Shown here in pieces: positions 35,452 through 47,181 of a DNA stretch of 64,000 nt. Origin of the DNA: Chrysemys picta bellii (Eukaryota). Location: positions 1,612,001 to 1,676,000 of the forward strand of contig NC_088810.1 of the NCBI RefSeq assembly GCF_011386835.1, written 5' to 3'. Every line of letters begins with the position of its first letter. Within the stretch, counting starts at the first letter, position 1. The notes under the pieces are model-generated. The model did not search any database. It was not told the DNA's origin and worked only from the letters and a program-made list of their open reading frames with translations. Both the position numbers and the translations under genes were made by a program.

Positions 35452-38400
35452 ATGTGGCTGTCCCGGAGCTGCGCGGCCGCGGCCGCTGCCCGGCGGGCCC
35501 TGCCCCTGCGACCCTACTGCACCCGCCGCGCCCAGCGCCAGGGGCTGCTCTTCCGGCAGGTGAGCCGGGCCCGGACTCCTGGGTTCTCTCCCCGGCTCGG
35601 GGAGGGGAGTGGGGTCTAGGGGCTCAGAGCAGGGGGGGCTGGGAGTCAGGACTCCTGGGTTCTCGCCCCTGCTCTGGGAGGGGAGTGGGGGCTGGTGGTT
35701 AGAGCAGGGGGGGCTGGGAGCCAGGACTCCTGGGTTCTCTCCCCGGCTCGGGGAGGGGAGTGGGGGCTGGTGGTTAGAGCAGGGGGGGCTGGGAGCCAGG
35801 ACTCCTGGGTTCTCTCCCCGGCTCGGGGAGGGGAGTGGGGGCTGGTGGTTAGAGCAGGGGGGGCTGGGAGCCAGGACTCCTGGGTTCTCTCCCCGGCTCG
35901 GGGAGGGGAGTGGGGGCTGGTGGTTAGAGCAGGGGGGGCTGGGAGCCAGGACTCCTGGGTTCTCTCCCCGGCTCGGGGAGGGGAGTGGGGGCTGGTGGTT
36001 AGAGCAGGGGGGGCTGGGAGCCAGGACTCCTGGGTTCTCTCCCCGGCTCGGGGAGGGGAGTGGGGGCTGGTGGTTAGAGCAGGGGGGGCTGGGAGCCAGG
36101 ACTCCTGGGTTCTCTCCCCGGCTCTGGGAGGGGAGTGGCGGCTGGTGGTGAGAGCAGGGGGGCTGTGAGCCAGGACTCCTGGGTTCTCTCCCCAGAAGGA
36201 CATGCTCTGGCAGTCAGGAAAGTCCAGCCCTCCTTATTGCTGGTCTGATCTGATCCTGGTGCTGTAACTTCCCCGCCCTCCTACAGGACTTCTGGCTTCC
36301 TGTCCGCTCCCAGGCCAGCTGATCGCTGGTTTCCCATCCCAGGCCAGGCGGGTGGCAGGCCTGTCACCTGGCTGCCTTGGCATCGAGCCCTCAAACGGCA
36401 GCCCTTGGCGGGGAGCCTGGAGCTGGGAATGACTGATGGGGAAGGAGGGGCAGGAGGGATAGCACCCGAACCATGGGTAGAACCCAGGAGTCCTGGCTCC
36501 CTCCTCCCCCGCCGGTGCTCACTGGATCTCCCCTCCACAGCTCTTTGAGCCCGTGAGCTGCACCTACACCTACCTGCTCGCGGACCTGAAGACCAAGGAG
36601 GCGGTTCTGATCGACCCGGTTCTGGAGACGGCCAAGCGGGACGCGGAGCTGGTGAGGGAGCTGGGCCTCAACTTACTGTATGCAGGTGAGAGCAGCTCCC
36701 AGGGGGTCGGGATGGGGACAGTCTCGTTGTGGAAGGGAATGGGGTCACTCAGGGCCTTTCCCCTGTAGGGGGCACCGGCCCCGATCCGGCCCCAGAGCAG
36801 GGACTGGCTGGCTCGGCGGGTGGAGAACGGGGCCTTTCCCCTCTAGGGGGCACCAGCCCCGATCCAGCCCCAGAGCAGGGACTGACTGGCGCGGGGGATG
36901 GAGAACGGGGCCTTTCCCCTCTAGGGGCACTGGCCCCGATCCGGCCCCAGAGCAGGGACTGGCTGGCTTGGCAGGGCGGGAACAGGTCGGGTTCCCGTCT
37001 GTAAATCCCTGGTTCTGCTCCTCGCAGCCAACACCCACTGCCACGCCGACCACATCACGGGCACCGGGCTGCTGAAGAAGATGCTGCCCGGCTGCCACAG
37101 CGTGATCTCCCGGGACAGCGGGGCCTTGGCCGACATCCTCATCCGCGAGGGCCACGCCCTGGAATTCGGGGCCTTCGTAAGTCACCTGGGCACTGGGGCT
37201 GGGACCCCGGACTCCTGGGTTCTCTCCCGGCTCTGGGAGGGCTGGGGGAGGGGGGGGTGTCTCGTGATTAGAGCGTGTGAGTGAGGGGGAGGGGTGTATT
37301 GGGAGCTCAGACTCCTGGGTTTCTCCCCAGCCCTGGGAGCTGAGTGGGGTCAGAACAAGGGAGTTGTGAGCCAGGACTCCTGGGTTCTCTCCCCGGCTCT
37401 GGGAGGGGAGTGGGGTCTAGTGGGTCAGAGCAGGGTGGGTGGGGAGCCAGGACTCCTGGGTTCTCTCCCCGGCTCTGGGAGGGGAGTGGGGTCTAGTGGT
37501 TAGAACAGGGGGGATCCTGGGAGCCAGGATTCCTGGATCCCATGGAGGGTCATGTCGCTGACTCCCCCTGTCTGTAGGCCCTGGAAGCCCGCTCCACCCC
37601 CGGACACACGGACGGCTGCCTGACCTACGTGCTCAGGGACAGGACCATGGCCTTCACCGGGGACGCCCTGCTGATCCGGGGCTGCGGCCGCACCGACTTC
37701 CAGCAGGGTGAGGGCGAGCTGGGGTGGGGTGGGGGGTTTCTTGGAGGGGTAGTGAATGGTTACCCTGGGGACAGGAGGGTGCATCCCTTGGATATGATGG
37801 TGGCTGCCATGGCGATGGTGACAACCGCTGGGCATGACCTGGAAGTGCCATGGTGAGGTGTGTGTGTGTTTGGGGGGGTGTTATCTGTAGGACATGCATG
37901 GTGATTGCCATGGGGATGGAGGGAGCATCTCTGGGTTCACCTCCTAGTCGCCATCGCCCTGGGGAACATGGCTGCTGGTTGCCATGGTGACGGCAGTGGG
38001 TGCTGGGGCGATGATGGGGGTGCCATGCCAGGGAGCTTTGGCCAGGCAGTTGCAGGGGATGCTGGGGTACCATGCCAGGGGATTGGCTGCATCTCCCACT
38101 GTGTGGTAACCAGGCCCCACTTCTCTCCACCCCCCAGGCTCCCCGGAGACCCTGTACCGCTCCGTGCACGAGAAAATCTTCACGCTCCCCGGAGAGTGTC
38201 TGATCTACCCCGCCCACGACTACACGGGTGAGTCCGAGCGCGGCGCTAGGGGGCGCTGTGCTCCAGGGAGCTGGGTGGGGGCTCCCTCTGCTGGTGCTGT
38301 ATCTCACCCGCCCCCTGGCGCCCCCTGCAGGCCAGACGGTGTCGACAGTGGAGGAAGAGAGGACCCTGAACCCCCGACTGACCCAGAGCTGCGAGGTCTT

Positions 38401-38683
38401 TGTCCAGCTGATGAACAACTTGAACCTTCCTCAACCCCAACAAATTGGTGAGGCTGGGAGCCCGGACGCCTGGGTTCTCTCCTGAGGCTGGGAGGGGAGT
38501 GGGGGTCTAGTGGTTAGAGCGGGGGGGTGGGGAGGATAGGTTTTATCCCAGCTGAGGGCCGGCGTGGGGTGTAGCCGAGGCCGGGGCCCCATCGCTCTGA
38601 CTAACGTGTCTGTTTTTTCATCCTCTGCAGATTTTGCTGTCCCAGCGAACCTCAAGTGTGGGATACAGGATGCAGCAACTTAG
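35452..38683 (+). CDS. ETHE1: Persulfide dioxygenase ETHE1, mitochondrial (copy A), 7 exons, 263 aa
   Basis: Exons 35452-35559, 36541-36685, 37028-37176, 37578-37707, 38138-38227, 38331-38447, 38631-38683; open frame, GT-AG introns. Motifs [39 protein letters not shown] and NLKCG. Arg/Ala-rich presequence [29 protein letters not shown] at 35399; AATAAA at 39349. Confidence 0.97.
35570..36195 (+). repeat. 72-bp minisatellite, about 8.5 near-identical copies, ETHE1-A intron 1
   Basis: Unit gtggttagagcagggggggctgggagccaggactcctgggttctctccccggctcggggaggggagtgggggctg. Confidence 0.92.
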
Positions 38684-39401
38684 CCTCGCCCTCTTTCTCC
38701 AATGCCACGCCCCTCGTGTTAAGCCGCACCCACCTCATCATAGGCCACACCCTCTCATTGACCCTTATGATGATGGAAGGTCCTTTGGCCTGGGGCTGGC
38801 TGTCCCTGACTCTCACTTGGGTCCCCCCCCTTAAGCAAAATGTGGGGCCTCCCTCTTTGGGGTCCTGAGTGGGAGGGCGCATCCCTTAAGTGGGGAGGGG
38901 GTTAATGATCTTCAACCATGGCAGCTTCCCTTCCCCCGCTGCAAAGTCCCCATCAATTCCTCTGACCGCCCCCCAGTTTGGCGTTAGGGAGTTTGCACCT
39001 TCCTCTGCATTCACTGTGGGGTGGGAGCATCCCATGAGCCTCCCCAGGGGAGCAAAGCCCCCCCCCCCATTCCCTGAGCCTGGTGTGCAGACAGCGGGGA
39101 ACCCCGGCAGCCGGCATTGGGGTGTGAGAGAGGCCCCAGGCCCCTGTAGCCTGCATTTGAATGACAGGGTACCTGCTTCCTACCCACTCTGTTTGCACTA
39201 GCTGGACTGTCTCCGTCTCTGCTCCGCGGGGCGTCAGCACCTCCCGGCCTAGAGCTGGGAGCGGGGCTCCCACTCTGGGCAGGGAGCCCTGTCTGTGAAT
39301 GTGACTTAATCGTGGGTGGGGGGTTTGGAAATGAACCGCTGCCGAGAGAATAAAGTTGTGTTGGACCTATTGGAATCGAGTGTGCCTCCGAAGGCGGTTA
39401 C

Positions 39402-39416
39402 CCACCAGAGGGCGCT
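39402..39416 (+). promoter_or_regulatory. CTCF-like site downstream of the ETHE1-A poly(A) signal
   Basis: CCACCAGAGGGCGCT matches the CTCF core consensus. Confidence 0.55.
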
Positions 39417-40933
39417 GCTCCCTCACATTTCCCAGCCTGTTCCCTGGATTTGCTCTCCCCCCCATATAGCCCAGGGGGCCCAGACCCCCTCGCCTCCCGC
39501 CCCAGGAACAGCAGCAGGAGCCTGCCCGTGGTCTTGGCCCAGAGAAAGGGCAAGAGGGAAGGAGAATCGGCTTCCATCCCTTTCCCCGACTCTCCAGAGC
39601 TGAACTCGCCCCCCACCCTTCCTCTTGGCGTGATAGTTTCCTTTTCCTTTCCTTCCTCTCCAGGGAGGGGTAAGCCCTGGCCAGAGCCCCCACTGCTTGA
39701 AAAAGGGAACCCCCCACCCCTCAGTCTGTTCCCACCCACCCTGACCCCTGCAAACAGGCCCAGCCAGCCGGACACCACCCCAGAGCCAGGCGCAATGCTG
39801 GCGGGGCTCCGTCCCAGCTGGAGTGGGAAAGGTCTTTCTGCCTGGTGAACTCCATGGGGCTGGGATAGAGCCAGCCCCAGACACCCCCTCCAATAAGGGG
39901 TGCTGCCCCTTTAAGGCTGCAGCCCTGGCAGAAAGGAATTGTGGGAGATGTAGTCCCAGGGTTGATGGGTGTTGTAAGCTGGGCAGCGAGGCATGCTGGG
40001 AAGGAACCAGGCCTATAAAAGAGCTCCCTTCTCAGCTACCAAGAGGGGGGTCTGGGTAAATAAGGGGGGTGGACACCTTAGCCAGCCAGCAGCTGTGAGA
40101 CACTCCTTGGGCAATTGTGCACCATTGCGCATATGCAGAATTTGGGTCCCCCCCAGATTTTTTTTCTTTCCCTGCAGAATATGAGATTCGGCTGGGGAAG
40201 GAACGCGAGGGGCCATGCGCTCTTCCCCGGCAGCAGGCGTGCTGGGAGCAGCCGGGGGGATGTAAATCACCACCGGGGCTGGGCGTGCGTGCCAGACTGT
40301 CCCTCTCGCTCGCTCTTGCAGTGTGCCCGCTGCAGAGAAGCAGGCCCTTCTGCTGTGTCGGGTGCACTGCTGCGTCTGTGTCGGGGGGCTGCAGGGTGAT
40401 CCCCCCAACCTCTGTGCAGCCAGGGGCCTGTGCTCCCCATTGGGAGGCAGCCCCCATGTGCACCCCTTGTCCATGTCACTGCGCCTAACCTGCAGAGGCG
40501 TGGGGCTGACCCAAGCAGCTGTGGGGAAGCCATGGGGAGCCTTGGCCAGGGCTGCCATTTCAGAAGGGTGGGGGGCACCTATTTCCCCCCCCCCCCGAGT
40601 TCCTGTCCCTTTCTGCTCCTGGGGATCATCTGTGTCGTTACAGACAGACTTGCTGACAGGGATTTTGCAATAAATTACCAAAATAGTTGAAAGTGAGGGG
40701 ATGAGATGGGATTATTCTGACAAAATGCACAGTGGGTTACAACGTTGTCCGCAGAACTTTTTGGATTTTTGGCGCAGAATTCCCCCCGGAGTAGGGAGCC
40801 TGGCACCATCTCCCCGAGCTGCCCCAGCAGCGGTCTCTGCGGTTGCGTCCAGCCCTGGATCTCAAAGCAATTAACACAGGTTAATTGTGGACCCTGACAA
40901 ACCTTTCCATCCCTGGGGAAACCTTTCCAACCC

Positions 40934-41370
40934 TGTGATGAACTGGGACTGTTTTTACTGTGGTCTTTGAATGCTGACAGGGGAGTGTGGCTAGGATAGT
41001 CTGCATTGGGGGATGGGAGACTGACCGATGGTGAATACCTGAGCATGTAACATGAGAACTCAGGAAGGGGTTAGAGGCCAGGTGACACCTTGGCCCGGGA
41101 AACTGAACAAAGGCTAGAGGGAGTTTCGGAGCTGGCTGGTGACATGGCTGGGAGGCAGATGGGGCTCTGACCTCCCAAGGGGGCTGGGGCGCCCTGGGAC
41201 CCCAAGATGGACCTAACTGAAGGGATCCTGTTGTCTGTGCCTGCAAGACCTGTCTTGGACTGTATTCCTGTTGTCTAAATAAACCTTCTGCTTTACTGGC
41301 TGGCTGAGAGTCATAGTGAATCGCAGGAAGCCGGGGGGACAGGCCCTTGTGTCCCCCCACACTCGCGACA
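40934..41370 (+). mobile_element. Probable solo LTR in the 3' flank of copy A only
   Basis: TGTGA...GACA termini, internal AATAAA (~41278); absent from the paralogous flank at ~54200-54250. Confidence 0.6.
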
Positions 41371-42089
41371 CCCTATTATACAGGGAGGGAAACTGAGGCA
41401 GAAAGAGGGAAAATCTGTGCAGGACAGCTGGGGATAGAACCCAGTAGCCCTGAGTCCTCCTGCTCTAACTATTAGACTCCTTTCCCCTCCCAGAACTGGG
41501 ATAGAACCCAGGAGTCCTGGCTCCCAGTGGCCCCTGCTCTAACCACTAAACCCCACTCTCCTCCCAGAGCCAGGGATAGACCCCAGGAGTCCTGGCTCCC
41601 AGCCCCACCTGCTCTAACCTACTAGACCCTACTCCCCTCCCAGAGCTGAGGAGAGAACCCAGGAGTTCTTGCTCCCAGGCCCCCCTGCCCTGTGAAATCC
41701 AGGGTGTGGCCAATTCTCCAGTCCCCACCCACCTGCCCCATGGTTATACCAGGCCCACAGGTGTGTTGGGATGAGGGTATATGATGCCAGAACCCCATAT
41801 CCCATAGAAGGACCCTGAGCAGGGGAAGGGGACAGGGCTCTTTGGGTGCAGGGTGGCTGACCTAGTGAAATGGGCTTTAACCACTGTTCAGTGCCCAGAG
41901 GCCAGACATCCCAGTGAATAACCCCAGTTACGACAGAAGGTGCATCACAATGACTTGACAGGTTAAGTCCCATGACTGCAATAGGGGTACAGAAGGGCAC
42001 AGTTTACTCAGGGACAAAGGGCGGAGCGGTTGCCTTGCATAGCAAAGGTGTCTGCACCCGCTCTGAGGCTGAGCTGGGACTAGGAGACA

Positions 42090-44540
42090 GACTTCTTGAA
42101 AGTCTCTGTTAGGGATAAAAGGGGTAAAAACCAGGTGGGGGGCCATGGTAGGGGCGGCTCCAGACCAGCTAACCGGGAAGAAGAGGTGGAGGATGCTTTT
42201 CTTAAACAACTCTCACAATCATCCACAGCCCAGGACGTGGTGATGCCGGGGGATTTCAACCACCCAGGGATCGGTTGGGAAAATATCCCAGCCGGGCACA
42301 GATCTTGGAATGCAGTGGAGACAGCTTTGGCGAAAGCCGCGAGGGGGAGGCGGTTCTGGATTTGGTTGTGCCCCAAAGGGAGGCACTGGTTGAGACGCTG
42401 AAGGTGGAAGGCAGCTTGGGTGAAAGGGATCGGGAAATGACAGCGCTCGCGCTGCTAAGGAAACAGCACGGATCAGCCAATGGATGGGACAGGCCCGTTA
42501 CTCGGTGAGGAGGGAAAGCCAGGAACAGAAAACGAAGCGATGGCTGAAGTGTTAAATGCCTTTTTTGTTTCCGTTTTCATCAGCCGACTACCCTAGTGAA
42601 TGTCAGCGGACACGGGGCAGGACCCAAGGCTACAACAGGCAAAGAGCGAGTTAAGAATGACTTAGCTAAGTTCCATGTCTTCAAGTCGGCAGGGCCTGAT
42701 GCCGTCTCACACGACCGTCTCATACACAAACCAGAGAAATCCAGTGGTTGGAAAACCGCTCCCAGGGAGCAGTGATCAGTGGTTCGCAGTCAGGTTGGAA
42801 GGATCCCTTGAGTGGATCTGGATCCCTTGGAGGGATCTGTCCTGGGTCGGGTTCTGTTCAGTGATTTGGATAATGGCACGGAGAACGCACTCTTAAAGTC
42901 TGAGGACAATACCAAGCTGGGAGGGGTTGCAAGCTGTCACGGACTCCCAGCCCCCAGGCTCTCTCGGCTCCCTACGGCCCCTGGGACGAACCCCCCAGTG
43001 TGACAGCCCTTCTCGGGGTCACGATCTCTCATGGGGGTTAAGCCCTAGGCACCAGCGCCTCCTGGGACCGCACCTCTCTGAGCCCCCAGCAGCCTGGCTC
43101 TGCCGTGGGCCCCCTCAGGGAGTCCCCTCGCTCTGGCCCCCGGGGCCCCCACCCCCAGAGGGAGGAACGCCCCCCGATCTCTAGCTGCAGTGACTACCAG
43201 CATCACACAGGAGGTTTATTGAGCATCTGGACCCAGCCCAGGCAGTTCTCAGGGCCCTCGGGCCTGGCCAGTCTCAGCCCCGGCCAGTTGGGTCTGTCCA
43301 GTCCCCATGGGTCCGGCTGCTCCTTGTCCCCAGCCCAGCCCCACCCAGCCCCCTCCTTCCAGCCCAGCCCCCTAAATCCCCTCCCCCACCTGCCCCTCCT
43401 CCGCCCTTTGTCTTCGGTCCCAGGTGAATAGGCTGCTGGTCCCCTCTCTTCTGTCCTTTGTTCTCCCCAGTCTGGTCAGGTCCCCGGGCCCCTCTCTCCT
43501 CAGCCCAGTGGCTCCCCACTGGCCAGAACCGGCTGGCTCCCAATCTCCAGGCTGGTGTCTGGGGTCCCGGCTGCAAGGCAAGGTCACACCTGGTCCCCTG
43601 CAACCACAAACCCCCTCCTACCCCCGTGTTATGTATGCAGCACAGAGGGAAACTGAGGCACACACCATGTTCATGCAAAACACTAAGAAAACCCCCCACT
43701 TCATCACACTAGTGCTTTGGAGGACAGGAGTAAGATTCAAACTGAACTGGACAAACTGGAGAAATGGTCTGATGTAAATAGGATGAAATTCAATCAGGAC
43801 AAATGCAAAGTGCTTCACTTCGGAAGGAACAATCAGTTGCACACACACAGAATGGGAAATGGCCGCCTAGGAAGGAGAACTGTGGAACGGGAGCTGGGCT
43901 CAGAGTGGATCACAAGCTAAAAGTGAGTCACCAGTGCGATGATGTGGCAAAACCAGAGGCCGTTCTTCTGGGATGTCTCAGCAGGAGTGTTGTAAGCAAA
44001 GCAAGACACCAGAAGTGATTCTTCAGCTCTACTCCGCGCTGATGACGTCTCACCTGGAGTCTCGCGTCCGGTTCTGGGCGCCGCACGCGGGGAAAGATGT
44101 GGGCAAATCGGAGAGAGTCCAGGGAAGCGCAACAAAAACGATTAACGGTCTAGAAACCATGGCCTAGGAGGGCAGATTGAAATTAGTCGGGAGAAGAGAA
44201 GACGGAGGCAGGGGGACGACATAACAGTCTTTAAGTACAAGGTTACGAGGAGGGTGACGGATGGTTCTTGTGCACTGCGGCCAGGACAAGGAGCAATGGG
44301 CTTGAACGTCAGCAAGGGAGGTTTAGGTTTAGGTTGGACGTTAGGAAAAACTTCCTACCTGTCAGGGTGGTGAAGCACTGGGGTAAATCGCCCAGGGAGG
44401 TTGTGGAATCGCCATCACTGGAGGTTTTGAAGAACAGGTGGGACAAACCCCGGCCGGGGGTAATACCTAGCCCTGCCTCGGTGCAGGGGACTGGCCTGGA
44501 CGGCCGAGCAAGGTCCCTTCCAGGCTGACATGTCTATGAG
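42090..44540 (+). mobile_element. Degenerate CR1 LINE (endonuclease, RT fragments and 3' end), interrupted by an LTR-like insert
   Basis: DAFLKQL...GDFNHP, LDLVV, GSVLGRVLFSDLDNG...DNTKLGG, QTELDKLEKWSDVNRMKFNQDKCKVLHFG, RTRSNGL...[10 protein letters not shown]. Confidence 0.9.
42935..43708 (-). mobile_element. Probable solo LTR inserted in the CR1
   Basis: TGTCA...TCACA termini; the CR1 sequence ggttgcaag / tgctttggaggacagg resumes on either side; antisense AATAAA at ~43214. Confidence 0.6.
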
Positions 44541-44776
44541 TGTCTGATTTCGCCCCCCCCCCCCCGAGCCGAACCAGCCAGTCGCCCACCTGGAGGAGGA
44601 TCGGAGCCGGCACCCTCTAGAGGAGAAGGCCCCTGTGCCCAGAGAAAGGCTCCTGGGGGGCAGGTGCCCGGAGTGGGTGGCAAAGGTAGCTTGGGGGCTG
44701 GGGAGGGTTTTGTGGCTCTGCGTGGATCCCCCACCCGCTGCGTGTCTCCCTGAACATCCACCTCCATTGAAATTAA

Positions 44777-44899
44777 TGGCTGACCAGATGTCCCGATTTT
44801 ATAGGGACCGTCTCGATTTTGGGGTCTTGTTCTTATATAGGCTCCTATTAACCCCCAGCCCCCGTCCCGATTTTTCACACTTGCTGTCTGGTCACCCTA
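44777..44899. mobile_element. Short hAT MITE (TAGGGTGACCAGA family)
   Basis: tggctgaccagatgtcccg...gtctggtcacccta, flanked by an aaattaa duplication. Confidence 0.7.
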
Positions 44900-45990
44900 A
44901 AATTAACTGCCCCCCCCCCCCCCGGGGGGTGGGAGCCAACCCATTCCCTGGCTTGCAATGACCAGCCAAGGCAAGGAAACAGACTCAAAGACGGGAAAGG
45001 ACCTGCCTGAACTGGAGATAGAACCCAGGAATCCTGGCTCCGCCCCCACCCCCTTTCCCTTCCCTTCCCAGAGCCAGGGAGAGAACCCAGGAGTCCGGGC
45101 TCCCCCCACCCCAACCCATTACCTCTCCCCAGCCAACTCAGCTGCTTCCTGAGAAGCAAAAACCCCCCCAGGATTAGGACGCAGGGGAGCCTAGAGAGCT
45201 GGCGCGGCTGGAGGGGCCCCTGGCCGGCCGGTGACCAGGGCTTCCTTAGCAAGACAGGGGGACTCTGTTGGGGGACAGGGGGTCCCCGAGAAGGCAGGTG
45301 AGAGAATCCTGCTTCCCACGACTGTCACTACCCAAAAGGGCTGACAGGGCAGAGTTCAGTGGTACTACCCCGCAAGGGAAAAGGAGGGAGCCTGGACACC
45401 TGGGTTCTCTCTCTGGCTCTGGGAGGGGAGAGGGGTTAGAGCAGGGGGGGCTGGGAGCCAGGACGCCTGGGTTCTCTCTCTGGCTCTGGGAGGGGAGAGG
45501 GGTTAGAGCAGGGGGCTGGGAGCCAGGACGCCTGGGTTCTCTCTCTGGCTCTGAGGGGGGAGAGGAGTCAGAGCAGGGGGGGGCTGGGAGCCAGTATGCC
45601 TGGTTCTCTCTCTGGCTCTGAGGGGGGAGAGGGGTCAGAGCAGGGGAGCTGGGAACCAGGACGCCTGGGGTTCTCTCTCTGGCTCTGGGAGGGGAGAGGG
45701 GTCAGAGCAGGGGGCGCTGGGAGCCAGGACGCCTGGGTTCTCTCTCTGGCTCTGGGAGGGGAGAGCGGTCAGAGCAGGGGGGGCTGGGAGCCAGGACGCC
45801 TGGGTTCTCTAGACATGAGCGCATACCATGCAGTTCCATTGCCTGTTGGGTCCTCGGGGGCCAGTCCCGGGGGCGTGACGTGATCTTTCCCTCCTGGCTG
45901 CGCCATGGTTACCAAGCCCGTGAGGGCACCGCGGGGGGTGGGGGGATGATTTTGGGCCCCTGGGAGCAGGCTGGGAATGTGCCGTGGCAA

Positions 45991-46114
45991 TAGGGTGACC
46001 AGATGTCCTGATTTTATAGGGACAGTCCCGATATTTGGGGCTTTTTCTTACATAGGTTCCTATTACCCCCCCCCCCCCGCCCCGATTTTTCACACTTGCT
46101 GTCTGGTCACCCTA
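45991..46114. mobile_element. Short hAT MITE (124 bp)
   Basis: TIRs TAGGGTGACCAGA / TCTGGTCACCCTA; 8-bp TSD cgtggcaa / catggcaa. Confidence 0.85.
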
Positions 46115-46274
46115 CATGGCAATAACACGGCTGGGAGCAGGGTTGGGGAGACAGAGCCCTTGGGTGTGAAGAGATGGTAACGCCTGCTGGGCTGTCAGAG
46201 GTGATTATATCTGGGAGGGAGAGATTTGCCAACTGTCAACTGATGCCAGGGTGGAGGGGGGAGGGAAAGGAATA

Positions 46275-47040
46275 GAACCCAGGAGTCCTGGCTCCCAGCC
46301 CCCTGCTCTAACCACTAGACCCCACTCCCCTCCCAGAGCCAGGGAGAGAACCCAGGAGTCCTGGCTCCCAGCCCCCTGCTCTAACCACTAGACCCCACTC
46401 CCCTCCCAGAGCCAGGGAGAGAACCCAGGAGTCCTGGCTCCCAGCACCCTGCTCTAACCACTAGACCCCACTCCTCTCCCAGAGCCAGGGAGAGAACCCA
46501 GGAGTCCTGGCTCCCAGCCCCCTGCTCTAACCACTAGACCCCACTCCCCTCCCAGAGCCAGGGAGAGAACCCAGGAGTCCTGGCTCCCAGCGCCCCGCTC
46601 TAACCACTAGACCCCACTCCCCTCCCAGAGCCATGGAGAGAACCCAGGAGTCCTGGCTCCCAGCGCCCCGCTCTAACCACTAGACCCCACTCCTCTCCCA
46701 GAGCCATGGAGAGAACCCAGGAGTCCTGGCTCCCAGCGCCCCGCTCTAACCACTAGACCCCACTCCTCTCCCAGAGCCATGGAGAGAACCCAGGAGTCCT
46801 GGCTCCCAGCGCCCCGCTCTAACCACTAGACCCCACTCCTCTCCCAGAGCCATGGAGAGAACCCAGGAGTCCTGGCTCCCAGCGCCCCGCTCTAACCACT
46901 AGACCCCACTCCTCTCCCAGAGCCATGGAGAGAACCCAGGAGTCCTGGCTCCCAGCGCCCTGCTCTAACCACTAGACCCCATTCCTCTCCCAGAGCCAGG
47001 GAGAGAACCCAGGAGTCCTGGCTCCCAGCCCCGCCCCCCA
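46275..47040 (-). repeat. ~69-bp minisatellite, about 11 copies, immediately upstream of ETHE1-B
   Basis: Unit agaacccaggagtcctggctcccagcgccccgctctaaccactagaccccactcctctcccagagccatggag. Confidence 0.92.
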
Positions 47041-47181
47041 GCTCCAACCACTTTAAGATCCAACCTGCCCTGTCCTCCCTGCCTCCGCCTCCTTCCTCCC
47101 TCCCGCCCCCACCGTCTGGCATTTAAAGGACTCACCCCCCGGCCTGGCACCAGTGCATCCAGCCTCCTGCGCGCCCCGGCC

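Noticed and set aside
35570-36195. CRISPR-like regularly spaced repeats (also 46275-47040 and 56478-57062)
   Set aside because: The whole unit repeats with no unique spacers, there are no cas genes, and the context is eukaryotic introns.
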